Under the pieces are notes generated by a model, which worked only from the letters and a program-made list of their open reading frames with translations, searched no databases and was not told where the DNA came from. DNA of 64,000 bases, from positions 2,232,001-2,296,000 of the forward strand of contig OZ287072.1 of NCBI GenBank assembly GCA_965645245.1, in the 5' to 3' direction. The translations under genes and the position numbers were made by a program. Of the stretch, positions 49,633-62,898 are shown in pieces. Position 1 is the stretch's first letter, and every line of letters begins with the position of its first letter. This DNA is from Massalongia carnosa. Lineage: Eukaryota.

Positions 49633-51410
49633 GGACTTCATCTGAAATCGAGCGCATTGACGGTGCCAGCGTCTCTCTGTGTCGCTGCTGCTGACAACGG
49701 AGATGAGGCGAAGACGAGGAAGACATGGCAGTGAGCAGTTTCCCTATACTCATATCGGACAGGCCTATACGACGGGGCATGAGACCTCCCAATCATCGGA
49801 AATCTAAAAGCGGATCTGGATCCGTTTGGCGAGGTCTGAATGGTTCCATCTAGGCACGGAGTAATTAGGTTATGAACCCAGCTGAGCCCTAACGCGCCCT
49901 ACCGAGCCCTAACCAAACCCAAACGGTAATTCATGCTTAAAGCTTCTTTGTCTAGTGTGCCCTAGAATCACGCCTTATCCAAAGGGATGGGGTAGCTCTT
50001 TAGCATCTCTTGGAATCGCTTCTGAATGTCGCTGGTCACCAATCATCATCCGATCCCCATCCGGTCATATGGCAAGGTCACTTTCCCCTGAAAACACTGC
50101 GGCCAATCACGTATCATCAGCTGATCACTTGCATTGCGGCAAGATCCGTGTACGATGTAAACTTACTCGGTTACATCGGCAGAAATGAGACGGTCTTTTC
50201 TTAGACGCACATTAAGAATAATTTCATGCTTTGATTGATCGTTCATACACCCCTTTCTCTTCTCTTACCGGAGACTTGATCACCTTGGTGCATGACGAAT
50301 ATTTAGAAGGGATAGTTCATTTGTTTACTATCTGCAGAGATTTTACCTGAACTCCAAAATGCACGCTAGGCCCAAACGGGCAGGGGGATGGTGCCCTGAC
50401 TGCCGTTAACGTAACTCACTAGACAACGGAACAAACCGTTCAACGGAACTAAGAAGTTCCGAAAACATAATTTATTTACCTTCTTAGATGCTGAAGCCTT
50501 CACCTCATACATTTTTCATACAAATCTAGCTTTAAACATCATAATTGAACATACTCATCATTTGAAGATTTTTATAATGGGTGTTTATAAAAAATCCACC
50601 TCACACAAAACCTCTAAGTCCTTCCATCCTTCACCCCACATATGAACAACGCGTTCAATCAGCCCTTCTGGCTTGGAAACAAGCTGATGGAGCTCTTTCC
50701 ATCACAAAGACAGCTAGTTTATACGCTGTTTCGAAGACTACTCTCTATTCTCGCATTCATGGCCGTCAACCACGATTTACTTCGGATCAAATCAAACAAC
50801 TGTTGGCTTTGAAGAATTGGCTTCTTCAATTGTATGCCTGGGGCTGGCCTGCTTAAATCGCTCAGTTACGTCAGATGGCAATCGAGTTATTAAGAGCAAG
50901 GGGAAATCATACTGCATTGGGGGTCAATTGGCAACAGCATTTTTTGAATCGTCGTTCCGATTTGCAGGCTAAATACAGTCGCACCTTGGATCAAGATCGT
51001 TTATTCGCGGAGAAGGAATAGATTTTTCAGCATTGGTTTGACCTCTTTCTTTCTACCAAACAAATACACGGAATTCTCGATGAAGACATTTACAACATGG
51101 ATGAAAAGGAATTTATGGTGGGAGTAGCCGGTAGTGCAAAAGTAGTAATTTCTAAACATGAAAAGCAAGCCTTTTCAGCACAATCAGGTAACAGAGAATG
51201 GGTGTCATTAATTGAGGCCATTGGCACCACCGGTCGAAGTTTACCACTTTTCGTCATTTCCAAAGGGGTTAACAAAGCAGAAGGCCTCGTACGATGTTTT
51301 GAACGACGTCAAAAGTGAAATCGCTACCAGTGAAAACGGATGGACCGACAATGAACTAGGCCTTGATTGGTTGAAAAAAATGCTTTGAACCTGCTACTGC
51401 AAAATATTCA

Positions 51411-51656
51411 TGTCACGGCGCGAGGTCAAGTTGGTAATTCAGGTGGTGCAAACGTATTACTTACAAGACGTTCGACAAGGAGAAAAGAAACAGAAAATCA
51501 AATGTGGGCGAGTATAAGACAGACGAGTGGAACTAGTCCCAATTCGGATGTTGATCCAATTTCCACCTTCAAGTCCCTACCATGGCACTATTGGCACTTA
51601 CGGTTGCCCTAACTGAATCGGATTAGGCTTAGTCCCTTCCGGGTCGATCCATGACA
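51411..51656. mobile_element. Solo LTR (246 bp) nested in the pogo transposase
   Basis: TGTCACGG...CCATGACA termini; 5-bp flanks ATTCA/ATTTA; removal restores EPATAKYLHGEYRFLVVDGH. Confidence 0.85.
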
Positions 51657-52305
51657 ATTTACACGGTGAATATCGATTTCTTGTGGTAGACGGTCATGCT
51701 TCCCATATTTCTACCGAATTCATCATGTTCTGCAATGAAAAGAAAATCATTTTACTATTTTTACCTCCTCATACAACACATATGCTACAACCTCTAGATG
51801 TAAGTGTGTTTGGGCCTCTGTCCTAGGAGTATAAAAAACGACTGGAGGTCGTCACCCGGTTCAACGTCTGCTCGATTGACAAGATAGACTTTTTGAAGAT
51901 CATTCAAGAGGCAAGAAAGGAAGCAATCAGCGAGAAAAACGTACTCACTGCATGGAGAACTACCGGATTAGTACCATTCAATCCGTCATTGGTGCTTCAG
52001 AAACTGACTAATAAACAATCGGTGTTGCGAAAGACTGATAGCATTAACACCATCACCACCACTACCACTGTCACAAGAAGCTCTAGTGTTGGAATTGATA
52101 CGGAGATCGCGTCTGCTTCTCATCCTGGTACTCCGATAACACTTCAGAACTCTCATGAAGCTATTATCGGAGTAGAAAAGACACCTGCAAATATCAATCA
52201 AATAAATCAGTTGGTTTGTCGAATTCGAAAGAATGAAAACTCGGACTCGACACCCGCCCGAGCTTTAAATAAATTGATAAAAGGGGCCAAATATGCCTTT
52301 GCCGA

Positions 52306-52691
52306 TGTGACGGTTCTACCAGGATGTGGAATTGACTATCTACTGGGAAGCTATGCACTAGAAAATATCAAAGATGCAGAAAGGAAACAAGCAAAGGGTG
52401 CCCTCTCTAGGAGTCTATATAGATAATCGCTTGGCCCGATCCAGCTGCTTGTGTCTTCATCAATAAGTGAACAGTTTGGTCAAAAAGTCTTTCTATCCTT
52501 TCCTTTGTCCCTTTCATCCATTTGTGTTTGCCTTAGAAGGTCGTTCCGATGCGTCCCTTTCAGTCCTTTCAGACCTCCGTTGATTGCCCCTATGATTGCT
52601 AAAAGTGTTGAGTAACGGAAGCGGTTAGTGCGCGGGCAGATGCCATACTTTCCTTTGATTGGCCTTGGGTGGATGTGGTTGAACCGTGACA
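52306..52691. mobile_element. Solo LTR (386 bp) nested in the pogo transposase
   Basis: TGTGACGGTTC...GAACCGTGACA termini; perfect TSD GCCGA (52301-52305, 52692-52696); removal restores KYAFADSTLLRITN. Confidence 0.92.
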
Positions 52692-54428
52692 GCCGACTCT
52701 ACCTTGCTACGAATTACCAACACCGAACTTCTTCAGGCCAATGTACGGCGGCATCATCGAGCCAATCGTAGCGGGGCTCACTATGGTGGAAAGGCTCGAG
52801 TACTGAGCCTTGAAGACGTACAACAGAGACAGCAATGGGCTAAAAATAAACAGAAAGGGAAGGATGATAACCGAAAGGCCACACAAATAAAACGCGCCGA
52901 GCAGGACCTTATCAAAACATTCAGAGAAATGTGTCAATTTGGGCCTGATTTACTAGGACATTCGTCCACTTCATCCCCGACTAAAAGTGGTTAGAAAAGT
53001 CCTCAGAAAGCATCTGATAGTTCACAAAGAACACTTATTAGTCCTTTTAAAAGATCATTACTCCCCCCTCCCATGCTTCGATCAATCAGAGAGGCGGAAG
53101 AGATAGTAGAAGGGGTGAAAGAGGTAGAGTTGATGAAGGTGGTGGAAGGGGTGAAAGAGGTAGAGGTGGAGGAGGTGAAAATGGTTAAAATAACCCGACG
53201 GGGTCGCACTGTCCGACCACCAAGCAAAATATGGCTGCTTTATGAGACATGCATGCATATATAATGTTATTTTTACATATAATAGTCATTGAAGCTAGAA
53301 TTGTATGTAAAATGGGTGGGAAGAAGGCTTTAAAGACTAAGCGAAATTTAGTTAGTTCCGTTGAACGGTTTGGTCCGTTGTCTAGTGAGTTACGTTAACC
53401 GGAACCTGACCTCGTCATTGAAAAACATCAAATGGCATATTCTCTGAAGTCGAACAGAATCGTCGTAGAATTTCGTTGGTCTCGAATCCTCAGTGATAGC
53501 AATCTCATGGACCGATGACGATCCGTGAGGCCTGGCTGGCTTCAGTGGCGGTCTTGAAATCTTGCCTTCGTGCCGGAGCCGGATCGCCATGAACGACCGA
53601 ATCAAGTGTTGGCTAATTAACTGTGTATGTGTAGCAGACACGAAGTTATCACTTTGTAACCGTTTCAGCATTCATGAAGCATGAAGCTGATCGCGATCTT
53701 CTCATGTCATTCCGACTACCTATTCCATTCCATTCCATTCCATACCCAGCTTTGTTCGATAATCACCGCCCGACACTCCTTCACAAGTGATAGTCCAATC
53801 TAGTTAACCATAAAAAGTAGCACGTATCACATAAATTGAGCTTCCCATATCGTCCGTTTCGGTCATGGCTTAGTTATTTTATGTAAAGTCCCCGAAGATG
53901 AAGCTTCCCTTTTTTCTCCATCCATTTTTCTCCATTCCTCCTCCGCAAAACTCTTTCTTACCCCCTTCGTTCCGAAACCTCCCCGAAACTATCTAACCTA
54001 CCTATCTATCTACCCATCCCCGAATCATGGGTTTGGGGACGGGGGTTCGGGACTTGGGGATTCGATCAAGCAAGATAATAGAAGAACATATAGAGTAGAC
54101 CGAATGAAATAAAAGAACGAGAAAAGACGGGTTTTCAAAATGAATTGTTGGGATTTCTCGCGGGTTAACGTGCCCGGAATACGACGAAGTAGAGATCGAG
54201 AGACTGGGTATATGATACGAAGAGATGACGGATTTGGAGGATGGACACTAAACAAATAACATCCGAAAGCGAGATGCGGCAAGCAAGCGGCTTTGTATTT
54301 CGGATGATACGGAGCTATAATTCATCGACCGAGTAAGTAAGAAAGAAAGAAGAAAAGGATCTATCGAATCTAGATTTCTCCCCTCAAAAACCACCCCATG
54401 TAAACCATCACCTGGCGCTATGGAAACA

Positions 54429-55999
54429 TCACTCGCGATTCATCAAAAACGGACACTCGGCCGCCGAAACTCGGCTCATTTCCTCATGGGTGCGCCGCGC
54501 ATCCGCCCTCTCCGCCGCGGCGTGAACCGCCTCGCCAGCAGCGGCAGGAGGAGAAGAAGCCGAAGGTATTTCGCTCGCATTCAGTGGTTGTTGCGGGTCA
54601 TTCTCGAGGGCCTGGATCCGTGCTTCGACGCTCGTTATGGCGGCGGATAGGCGCTGGGTTTCGGAGCGTAGGGTCTGCAAGAGTTAGGCTAGAGAGTCAT
54701 GGTGGGGAGCTTTGGGCTCGGGCTGGGTTTCCGGTTTGGGAGGCGATATCCTTCGTGAGTGGGGTGTTGGGCTTGATAGGGTCGCTGGAGGGTTCATTGG
54801 TGGGTGATGATGGCTCCGTGGGCTCCGTCGCTTCAGGTAGGGCTTGTGTTCGCGAGCTGTCAGTTTTTTGCCAATCCTCGCTGTTCAATGTGGTAGTAGA
54901 GGGTATGCTAGTAGGGTTGGCTCCCCTTTGGCTTTTGCTTCCTCGGGGACGGTTCTAGCCGATTTCTCGACGGCATCAGCAGGTTCCCCGGTCCCGGTAT
55001 TCGTCGATGTAGGTGGTAATGACTCTTTCGCTTCATTTGCTGCTTCTTCACTATGTGCGACCATATTATTAGGGGTAGCATCTGTCGTAGAGTTCATTAT
55101 TTTCAGATTCTGATACTACTACCCCGTGACTGATTTGATTGTTGCTCTCCTTAAGATGGTCAGCCTCGCGAACTTCCCTGTTTACGGTTCCGTTGGGTGC
55201 AATCGGTCGAAACATTTCCAGAGGGTCGAACCAAGTTTCGACCTTCTGAAGTCGCACTTGATCATCAACCTATGCAACCGTGACACCTTCAATGTCGATG
55301 GCGCCTTGGTGTGCTTTAGCTGTGATCCTTTCACCCTTGCTGTATAATGTTAGTCAGAAGATCAATGTCGCGCATGTACCGAGCAAGACAGTAAAGCATG
55401 AAGATAGGTTACGAAACTCGTTGAATCCCACATAGTCGTTCCTCATTTCCCCCCCATGCCGCCATCTGAAAGCGACCCGTGGAGGCCCGCTGTATACCTC
55501 AACGACCTCCCAAGCAAAAGTGGGCATCATCCTTTTGAATGTTTTATGAGAGCTTGCGAAATCGGATTTTGCAGGGCTATAAAACTCGTTGGCAGCAATA
55601 ATAGCATTATATGTCCCGACTCTTAGCATATGCTCCGCGGTCTATGGCGGTCCGCCATTGATGGCAAAGGAATAATTAGGACGATCCACAGTGGCCAGTC
55701 TGAAAGCTCGGACTTGAACGAAGCTTCGATTTCCCAGTTTTTTGACAAGGTTTTCAATAAGAGATGGTAAACTACTCGCTGGATGGGAGAATTTCTTGGC
55801 TACTTCAGGTATTAGCATGTTGTAGCAGTGCGGTCGCCATTCATGATGCAATCACTTTGCGTGTGTACGGCGCGCGTCTTGGAATAATCTGGAGCCTTCC
55901 CGTATCGCCACTCCGCAAAATCACTTAGGACGGCATTAGGATCACACAGGTAGTCTGGGAGAGATGGGTAGGAACCGATTCAATTTCTGCTGTGCTCAT
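54429..55999 (-). pseudogene. Pathogen-related protein (barley PRPX-like family) pseudogene
   Basis: Motifs PDYLCDPNAVL..WRYGKAPDYSKTR, LIENLVK.WEIEASFK, GTYNAII, FASSHKTFKRMMPTFAWEVVEVYSGPPRVAFRWRH.G, VETWFDPLEMFR, C-terminal HEEMS...ECPF. In-frame TAGs at 55642 and 55270 plus frameshifts. Confidence 0.85.
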
Positions 56000-56747
56000 G
56001 GCTCACGATTGTTCGCTGTAGGAGAAGTGAAAATAAAATGAAAAAGGCATTTACTACCGTGAAAGTTATTGTAATTGACAGCGAAAGGTCATCGAAACAT
56101 AAAAACAGAGAATGCAGGTTCATAAGAAATAACGGGCTTGAGGCTTAGTAGGCTAAAATGCGCTTCCCTTTTCTGACGCGATTAGCTAGATCCTTCGCAA
56201 AAAAGAAATTGTATAGAAAGATAGGAGTCTTGCTTCCAGAGGTACGCAAGGAAAGTACCATGAAGATGCGCTCGGAACTAGAAACTACAACGATGTTATT
56301 GGGATTTTACCACATTGCTCCGAATAACCCGATAGAAATGATGATAGATATTCGAATGACGTTGACAGAGAGCATCAATGTCATTCTAATTCAATTCTGA
56401 ATTAAATTCATCACCGCACGATATAAAACCTTCGTCCCACAAGCTCTCGTCTTCATCAGGGCTTTGAATAATCGTGTTTCGATCTCGTCTTCTCCTCGAC
56501 TAAAACTGTCTATGTCGCCGGTTATTTCTTTCTTTGATGATGACGTGTTCAGCTCGCTGTCGTACATTGCTCAACTTCTACCAGCATTGCCTAGCCGATA
56601 GATTAGATATGATTAGATCTAATCTAATCGCAGAGAGGCTTGGATAAACTATTATCATCTCGCTTAGCAGAGGTGACCAACATAAAAGGAACAGATTGCT
56701 CTGCACTCCGTAACATCATGGTCATACAGGCCCCTATCTTTACATAG

Positions 56748-57747
56748 TGTCAAAGTGGCCATTACTAAGCGAGCTCGGCCCTCAGCCCTGTCACTCTGTA
56801 TATAGTCATCTCCCTTTTCTGTAGTAGCAAGGAAGGTCTTCGCCCATCATCATCTATCTGACAGTTATGAGCCCGGTTGGTCAGCAGTGTTCCGTACACG
56901 TTCCGCTACCCTCATTTGATAGATAGAAAGAAGCCTTCCTTCACGATAGCTTGGCGGAAGCTATTGTGTCGTAAGCCATGTCATCCTTCTTATTCATCAC
57001 ATCAGCCAGATACAACCACGAAGCAGATACGGGTCGAATAAGCAGACACAAGCCAGAGCCGACACGGGCCAGAGCAGAAACGAGCTGACATCGAGGGACA
57101 ACGAGCGGGGACGTCAAGCGGAAACGAGTCGGACACGAAGCAGAAACGAGCCATAGAGCAGAAACGAGCGGGACACGAGACAGAAACGAGCGAGATGTCG
57201 GGCAGAAACGAGACGATTACGATAAAGAAGAAGATGACACCACATCGAGCCTACGAAGGAGACGATCAATCAAAAAGCCCTTCGTGCAGGCCAGCATTTA
57301 TGGCTTAGCATCCACAAAGTAGCTACACTTCGGCCCCATCGAGGGGTTCTCACTAGCTCAGCCTGCGAAGGAGATTCAATCAAACAATCTTCAGCAAAAA
57401 GCCCTTCGTACAGGCCAACAGCAAAAAGCCCTATCTGCTACGTCCGCGGTAGGCAAACGTCCATAGTACTCTTCCCATCCACCCACGAGGTCTACGAATG
57501 AGTGCTGGTTGTGGGTTTAATGAGGCTACAAAGCAGGACAACATCGTCAAGGAAGAAACTACACAGTCAAGGGATGCTCAATGTCAAGGTGACAGCGAGG
57601 CCGACAGCAAGGTCCTTCGCTCGAAGGGGTGTGTCAAAGTGGCCATTACTAAGCGAGCTCGGCCCTCAGCCCTGTCACTCTGTATATAGTCATCTCCCTT
57701 TTCTGTAGTAGCAAGCAAGGTCTTCGCCCATCATCATCTATCTGACA
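56748..57747 (+). mobile_element. Miniature non-autonomous LTR retrotransposon (TRIM-like, Ty1/copia type), 1,000 bp
   Basis: Two 116-bp direct repeats TGTCA...TGACA (56748-56863, 57632-57747) with one mismatch; TSD CATAG on both sides; GTTATGAGCCC immediately after the 5' LTR; GAAGGGG before the 3' LTR; no gag/pol ORF inside. Confidence 0.93.
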
Positions 57748-58877
57748 CATAGTCATATAGCCATAGTCATAGACCTATTCAACAAAATGATACACAGGTC
57801 GTTGGCAATTAAAACTTGAGCAACTACATCTTGCGTAGGACTAGTCTTACATTCGATTTGCTTTGAGAGACGCCTAAACTTAAAATGTCAACGTCAAGAT
57901 ATGAAATGAAACCTTTGATTTCTATTGATCTAGCGGCATTAGGGCCTTCGATTTTGTTGATGAATCGATCAATTTGCAACTGCTCTCGGAAGTATTCTTT
58001 CAGCGGCTTTCGACCGCACCTGAGTTTTTGGCTCGATGTTATTTAAATCCAGTGTTGTTGATGTTAGCCTATGTTAGCCTAACTGGATTGTGATCAGGCA
58101 GTTGGTGACTGCGATTACCCGACTAGGCTAGCTTGCATTCTTAGGAGTTTAGGTAAATCTCTATAGATAGCATATAGAAGGACTACCCCTTCTAATATTC
58201 GTATCATGCACCAAATGATCAGTTCGAGACCAATAGCTGTTGCGATGAGAATCGGCCGAAAGACCGGCAGAGTGTTCTAATACATTCACGACTCTCCTAG
58301 TTATGAGGGACTCGGATTGTTGTCTTCTTGAAATAGTCAGAGCTGCGAAGGTAGCTAGCTGGTTTTGAAACCACGGATATCCTGCCCTATAGGCTACTAG
58401 AGAGAAACCGTGTACTTTTGTTATAGATTTCCGATTATATATCTTGCTCACCAAAACCTTGACGCCTAAACTTAGGCGTGTGTTAAGCCGGAGTATAATT
58501 CGACGAGGACTCTTACTTTCTAGCAATATAATAAATAACTCTTCCAATATTACTTGGCGTCCTGGAGATTGTCTGTTAAACAATAAGGCCAAAGATTGTT
58601 GTCTTATGTCTTTGCGGATACACATCCTAAATAAAGGGATGACTCTCGGATCAAACTAAGAAGAAAAGATTCAACTTTTTTAGAACAAAAATGCTAAATC
58701 TCCCTGAAATTTGCATCGCACAGCGAATGCTCGCTGTCATCCAAAGACTTCTTTCCCGTCACTATAATTGAAAAAAATAAATTCCGGTACAAATAGCTCA
58801 AGTTATACAAAGTTCCGATATTCAGGTTTATGACTGGTGTGCGATATCTGCTCCAGGAAGTAAGCTTGAAGCAGTAC

Positions 58878-60199
58878 CTAGTGACTTTCAAGGCTAATGG
58901 GGACTACATGTTCCAAACCTATCACTTCCGTGTCCATAGAAACACTTTGCTGAACCCTTATCCCTTGTGATCCTAACCCGGCTTGTAACGCCCACGGCTC
59001 CCTACTGTCGTGAGAGCCCTTGCACCTCAAAAAGCCACTTCGGCTCAAACGCCTCTCGCCAACTATCAGCGTTCTCGTTCCGGTCATAGTTGGCTGCGGG
59101 ATATCTGGCAGCCCATGCAGCTCCTGGCTGCCGAAATTATCCTCGTCCACATCCGGAGAATTTTTGCCAGCCCATAAACGTTTCCGGCCCGAATACGGCA
59201 CATTTTCCAAGCCTTGTTGGGTCGCGTGCGAGATGAACAGCGAACGAAATGCCGTCAGAGATACCATAGCCACCGCGATGCACCCTTCGGCGAACTGCCA
59301 GAATATGCTCCACGTAAAATCGACGGATGCGGAAGCTAAGTGAAAGCGCGATAGGCGCACTATGGTGAGGACGACCATCGTAATTAAAAGACAAAGTGAC
59401 CCTCCTAGTCCAAGCTTTTGACGGAAGTTTACTTGAATATTCCGTAGGAGGTGGATAGGAATGACCATGACTAGAGGAGTCAGATGAGAGGGCGATGAGA
59501 ACTAATGAGAACCAGGGACGGACTTAGTATATCGGTTACAATATCGAGAAAGGTACTCGAAGCGGCAATCCCAAGTGCCTTTGAGAAGTCCGACTCTTTT
59601 GTACATTCAGCTACGTCTTTGTTTAGTCATCAGCTACATTGGAAGTATAGATTGGTAGCTTACACGCTCGTGCGTCGAAATATGGACATACGATAAAGGC
59701 TCCCGTAATGCAATACACCCAAACTAAGGCCGTGATCGCGCTAACGACCAACCAGTACAAAGCCATGGCAGGAACTCGTCGGATGAAGGCTCGAAAAAAG
59801 AACAAGAAACTGAATTTGACAGCAAAAAGCGTGGTCCATGTCATACAAAAGTATACATCGCTAAGCTTAAGGTATTGTAATAACTCCTTTGTTAATGTCT
59901 TCGCGGCGAAGGTCTCGACGAGATATAAGGAAGGGGAGAAGAATACAAGAAGAGTGATGGCAGCGCTAAGGCAAACGACAGCTAAGAGCAAGAACAAATC
60001 ATCAAGAAAGAGTCTCTTTTGAATGCGCAGCCGAATCGCGGTTCGAGCAACGGCAAGAAGTATCGAAATAGTGAAGATGGTTATGGATGTAGCCTTTTAA
60101 CCGTTAGAACGAGAGAGTCTTCGAGCGGTTTATGCCGCTAGAACTGCTCACTAAGAAGTTGACTTTGCGAATTCTGCCAACGGAATCGTTTCCTGACAT
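58878..60199 (-). CDS. PTH11-like integral membrane protein (fungal rhodopsin-domain GPCR-like, no CFEM); 4 exons
   Basis: ARTAIRLRIQKRLFLDD, WTTLFAVKFSFLFFFR, FLDIVTDIL|IMVIPI.LL..IQV..RQKLGL, W...EGCIAV..VSL; phase-compatible introns. Confidence 0.88.
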
Positions 60200-61309
60200 G
60201 GCTGTTGGGGGACGGTCGTCGTTCAACCTTCGGGCGATAAAGGTATCATGTCTCGCAACCCTTGAACGCAAGCAGGACGACGAGAATATCTATCGGGGGT
60301 GGACCAGATAAGACAAGTGAGCACACATGGTAGATAGACAGAGGATATCTGGAGGGTAATGCGTTATCCCCGCCGCTCCGTTGCAGGGGGCGGAGTACAT
60401 GGGATGAAATATGGGCATGCAGTCCCCCAAATAATAGACTGAATCAGAGCTGGGCACATTCATACCGCTGTGGAACTTTCAGGGAGTATTTTAATTTTAA
60501 TGCAGGGGCGAATTTCCTATCGTTCTAGTTCGAGCTACCTAACACAAGGCGTAAGCAGTGCTCTATGAACGATATCCATCCACATTAGCATCAGATGCAT
60601 GGAATGAGCCATGGAATCCACGTGAGGCGCAGTGCCCTACCTCATCTCATAATAGCCTACAAGCAAACAGAAACCAAATCCTACGGCGCAAACAACGATA
60701 AGAAGTCACAACTAGACCTGAATCTTCAAGTCAACGGACCCTGCGATGATCGGTGCATAGGATTGAGGATACAACTATCAACCGGCTGCATGGGCAGTCA
60801 TCGCATTAGCGTGCTAGCCTATGCTAGTTTTCAATTTAGTCATTCGTTGGAAGTTATCGAAGCATCACCTCCAAGCAGATCATTCGTCATCTCCATGACT
60901 GGCCGGAAAGCCTGTCCCACGGAATATTCCCTTTTCGAACTCCATGCGCTGTGAACATGCATCCTGCTGGGGCGGGTTTTAGGGGCCCAAATGAGCTGCG
61001 GCGAAGCTTAAGGTTTACTTACCACAAAAGCCGTTGGTTTCCAGGACACCTACTTTTATTGATTGGATAACAGTTTGCCTGTGATATCTATTCTCAACCC
61101 CAATCCCTTCCAGAATATTCGTCGTAATAGACTTTGCTGAATCATCTAATCCGTTTTCTGAAGGACTTTGCGGGAGCGGGAAGTGTAGCCCCAAAATCGA
61201 AGCCGATGGTTCATTCACGATCTACTCCGTACTCTGTACAATCAATCCTAGGAATAAGGTTGCATACTGCGCCCGAAGGTTTTTATTTCACAACGTTATA
61301 AATGACAGG

Positions 61310-61580
61310 CAAAACGGCTGAAAATACACACGCAGCTAAAAAAGGCAGAAAGCGCCACAGATCCGCACTGGCAAGATCGGGTTAGCTGACTTCCTCTACA
61401 AGCGACGGGTGCCCTCCGTCACCTCACCGGCCTTATGTGGCTGGCACAGACAAACTCCAGAACATGTAATCATGTTCTGCAGACTTATTGACAATAGAGA
61501 ACAGATGTTTCGCGCCGCCGGCACGAGCGACTATCAGCAGCTGACCGAATCATCAAAAACTCTGAAGATACTAACTAGTC
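61310..61580 (+). mobile_element. 3' fragment of a non-LTR retrotransposon (Tad1-like LINE ORF2 zinc-knuckle region)
   Basis: QIRTGKIGLADFLYKRRVPSVTSPALCGWHRQTPEHVIMFC matches the C-terminal Q.RTG.IGL...L....C.CG...QT..HV..FC signature of fungal LINE ORF2. Confidence 0.75.
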
Positions 61581-62898
61581 GTCTATGCTTTTTCTCTTTA
61601 TTGCGGCTTCCATATCTTTCCCCATGAACCCGAGCTGAGTGAAGCTCCGACAGCTCCTTAAAAGTTTGATGTGGATTGAGATGTTACTATCATTCGTGGG
61701 CGCTGCGTGTTGCTTGTTAATCAGACCTGAATGCTTCTTCTTCGTTAGTACGACACTTGACCTACCTCGAGGACGGGCACAAATCGCTCATTTTTGGGGT
61801 CTTTGTAATCTACGCCGCTGCAGCACCAAAGCGACACTAAAACTTCATCATACGCCTCTTGGTCAGGGCTACGGATCTCTTGTGGTGAGCTAGCTATGGG
61901 AATCTACGCCATATTATTAATACTCCACTCCCGATTTAAGTCTTGAGAAAAGACCACTGAAGTTCCTTCCTCGACGGTACAGCACTCAGGAACCCTCGAT
62001 ATTTTATCGGCACAGAGGCCTGCAGCATCAGCTGCTGCAAGCACCACCAAAGAAGCTAGAACAAAGATTGAACTGAGCTTCATCGCGACAACGCAATGGT
62101 CGTTCTAAAAAATTTTATTAGACGAAATAATTTTTGAAGAGTTTTAAGGGGACAAGCAAGATCAGAGAGCTAAAAGACAAACAGATAGATATAAAAATCA
62201 AGAAAGGGAAATGAAATAGCAGAGCACGTGTTGAATGATATATCTCACTATGTATGTTGATCGAGGTACATCACGATAATATTTGCCTTTTCTAGTCTGT
62301 GTGTGGGTTAGATCTAACGGAAACCGAACAAACACGACACATGGAAACAAGCAGTCATTCGAAGGCCGCGCTTTCACACATGAGCTACATTAGAATCATT
62401 CCGCCTGCATGCGAAGATTATGTGAGTGGCTCTTTGCCGTTCCAAGGACTATAAAACATGGAGAGGAGGAATCTAGTCACTGCTCTCTATATTCTCGATG
62501 TTCGATTTGACTGCAACCTGTTAAGAAGGCGAGGATCTGATCGAATCCTGCTCGCAAAGAAATGTCTGTGTTACACGACGACGGGTACTGGAAACTTCTC
62601 CGATAGGAACTCCATACCTTTTTCGACAATCCTCGTATTACCAATTAGGACTTTTCGCTGAAATTTCGGCCGTGAAGAAATCAAAGCTACGAAGATCTCC
62701 GAGAACCAGAACATGACGCTTGCTCAGGAGCCTTATTTAAAAGTCTGTCACCGTTTTTTTTTTCGTTTTCTTAGTTGAGTAGTATTTTCATATCGATATA
62801 GAATGTAGTCTATCATTCATTGAAGAAGACGTTAGAGACCAGTTGCGTATGACTGTAGATATTCTTCGTAATGACATCTTGCTCAATGGTTGCTGATG

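Larger units (their letters stand above)
50409..53395 (+). mobile_element. pogo/Fot1-family DNA transposon, full length but inactivated
   Basis: 44-bp TIRs starting ACGTAACTCACTAGACAACGG (50409-50452, 53352-53395; one mismatch); TA on both flanks; transposase remnants VSKTTLYSRIHGR, YNMDEKEF, NREWVSLIEAI, NGWTDN, VVDGHASH, HTTHMLQPLDV with stops and frameshifts. Confidence 0.95.

Noticed and set aside
49884..49922. CCCTAA-like telomeric motifs
   Set aside because: Only two or three spaced, imperfect copies; not a telomeric array.
58100..58870. AT/TA-rich tract with a 154-aa minus-strand ORF, possibly a RIP-mutated element
   Set aside because: No termini or protein motifs could be identified.
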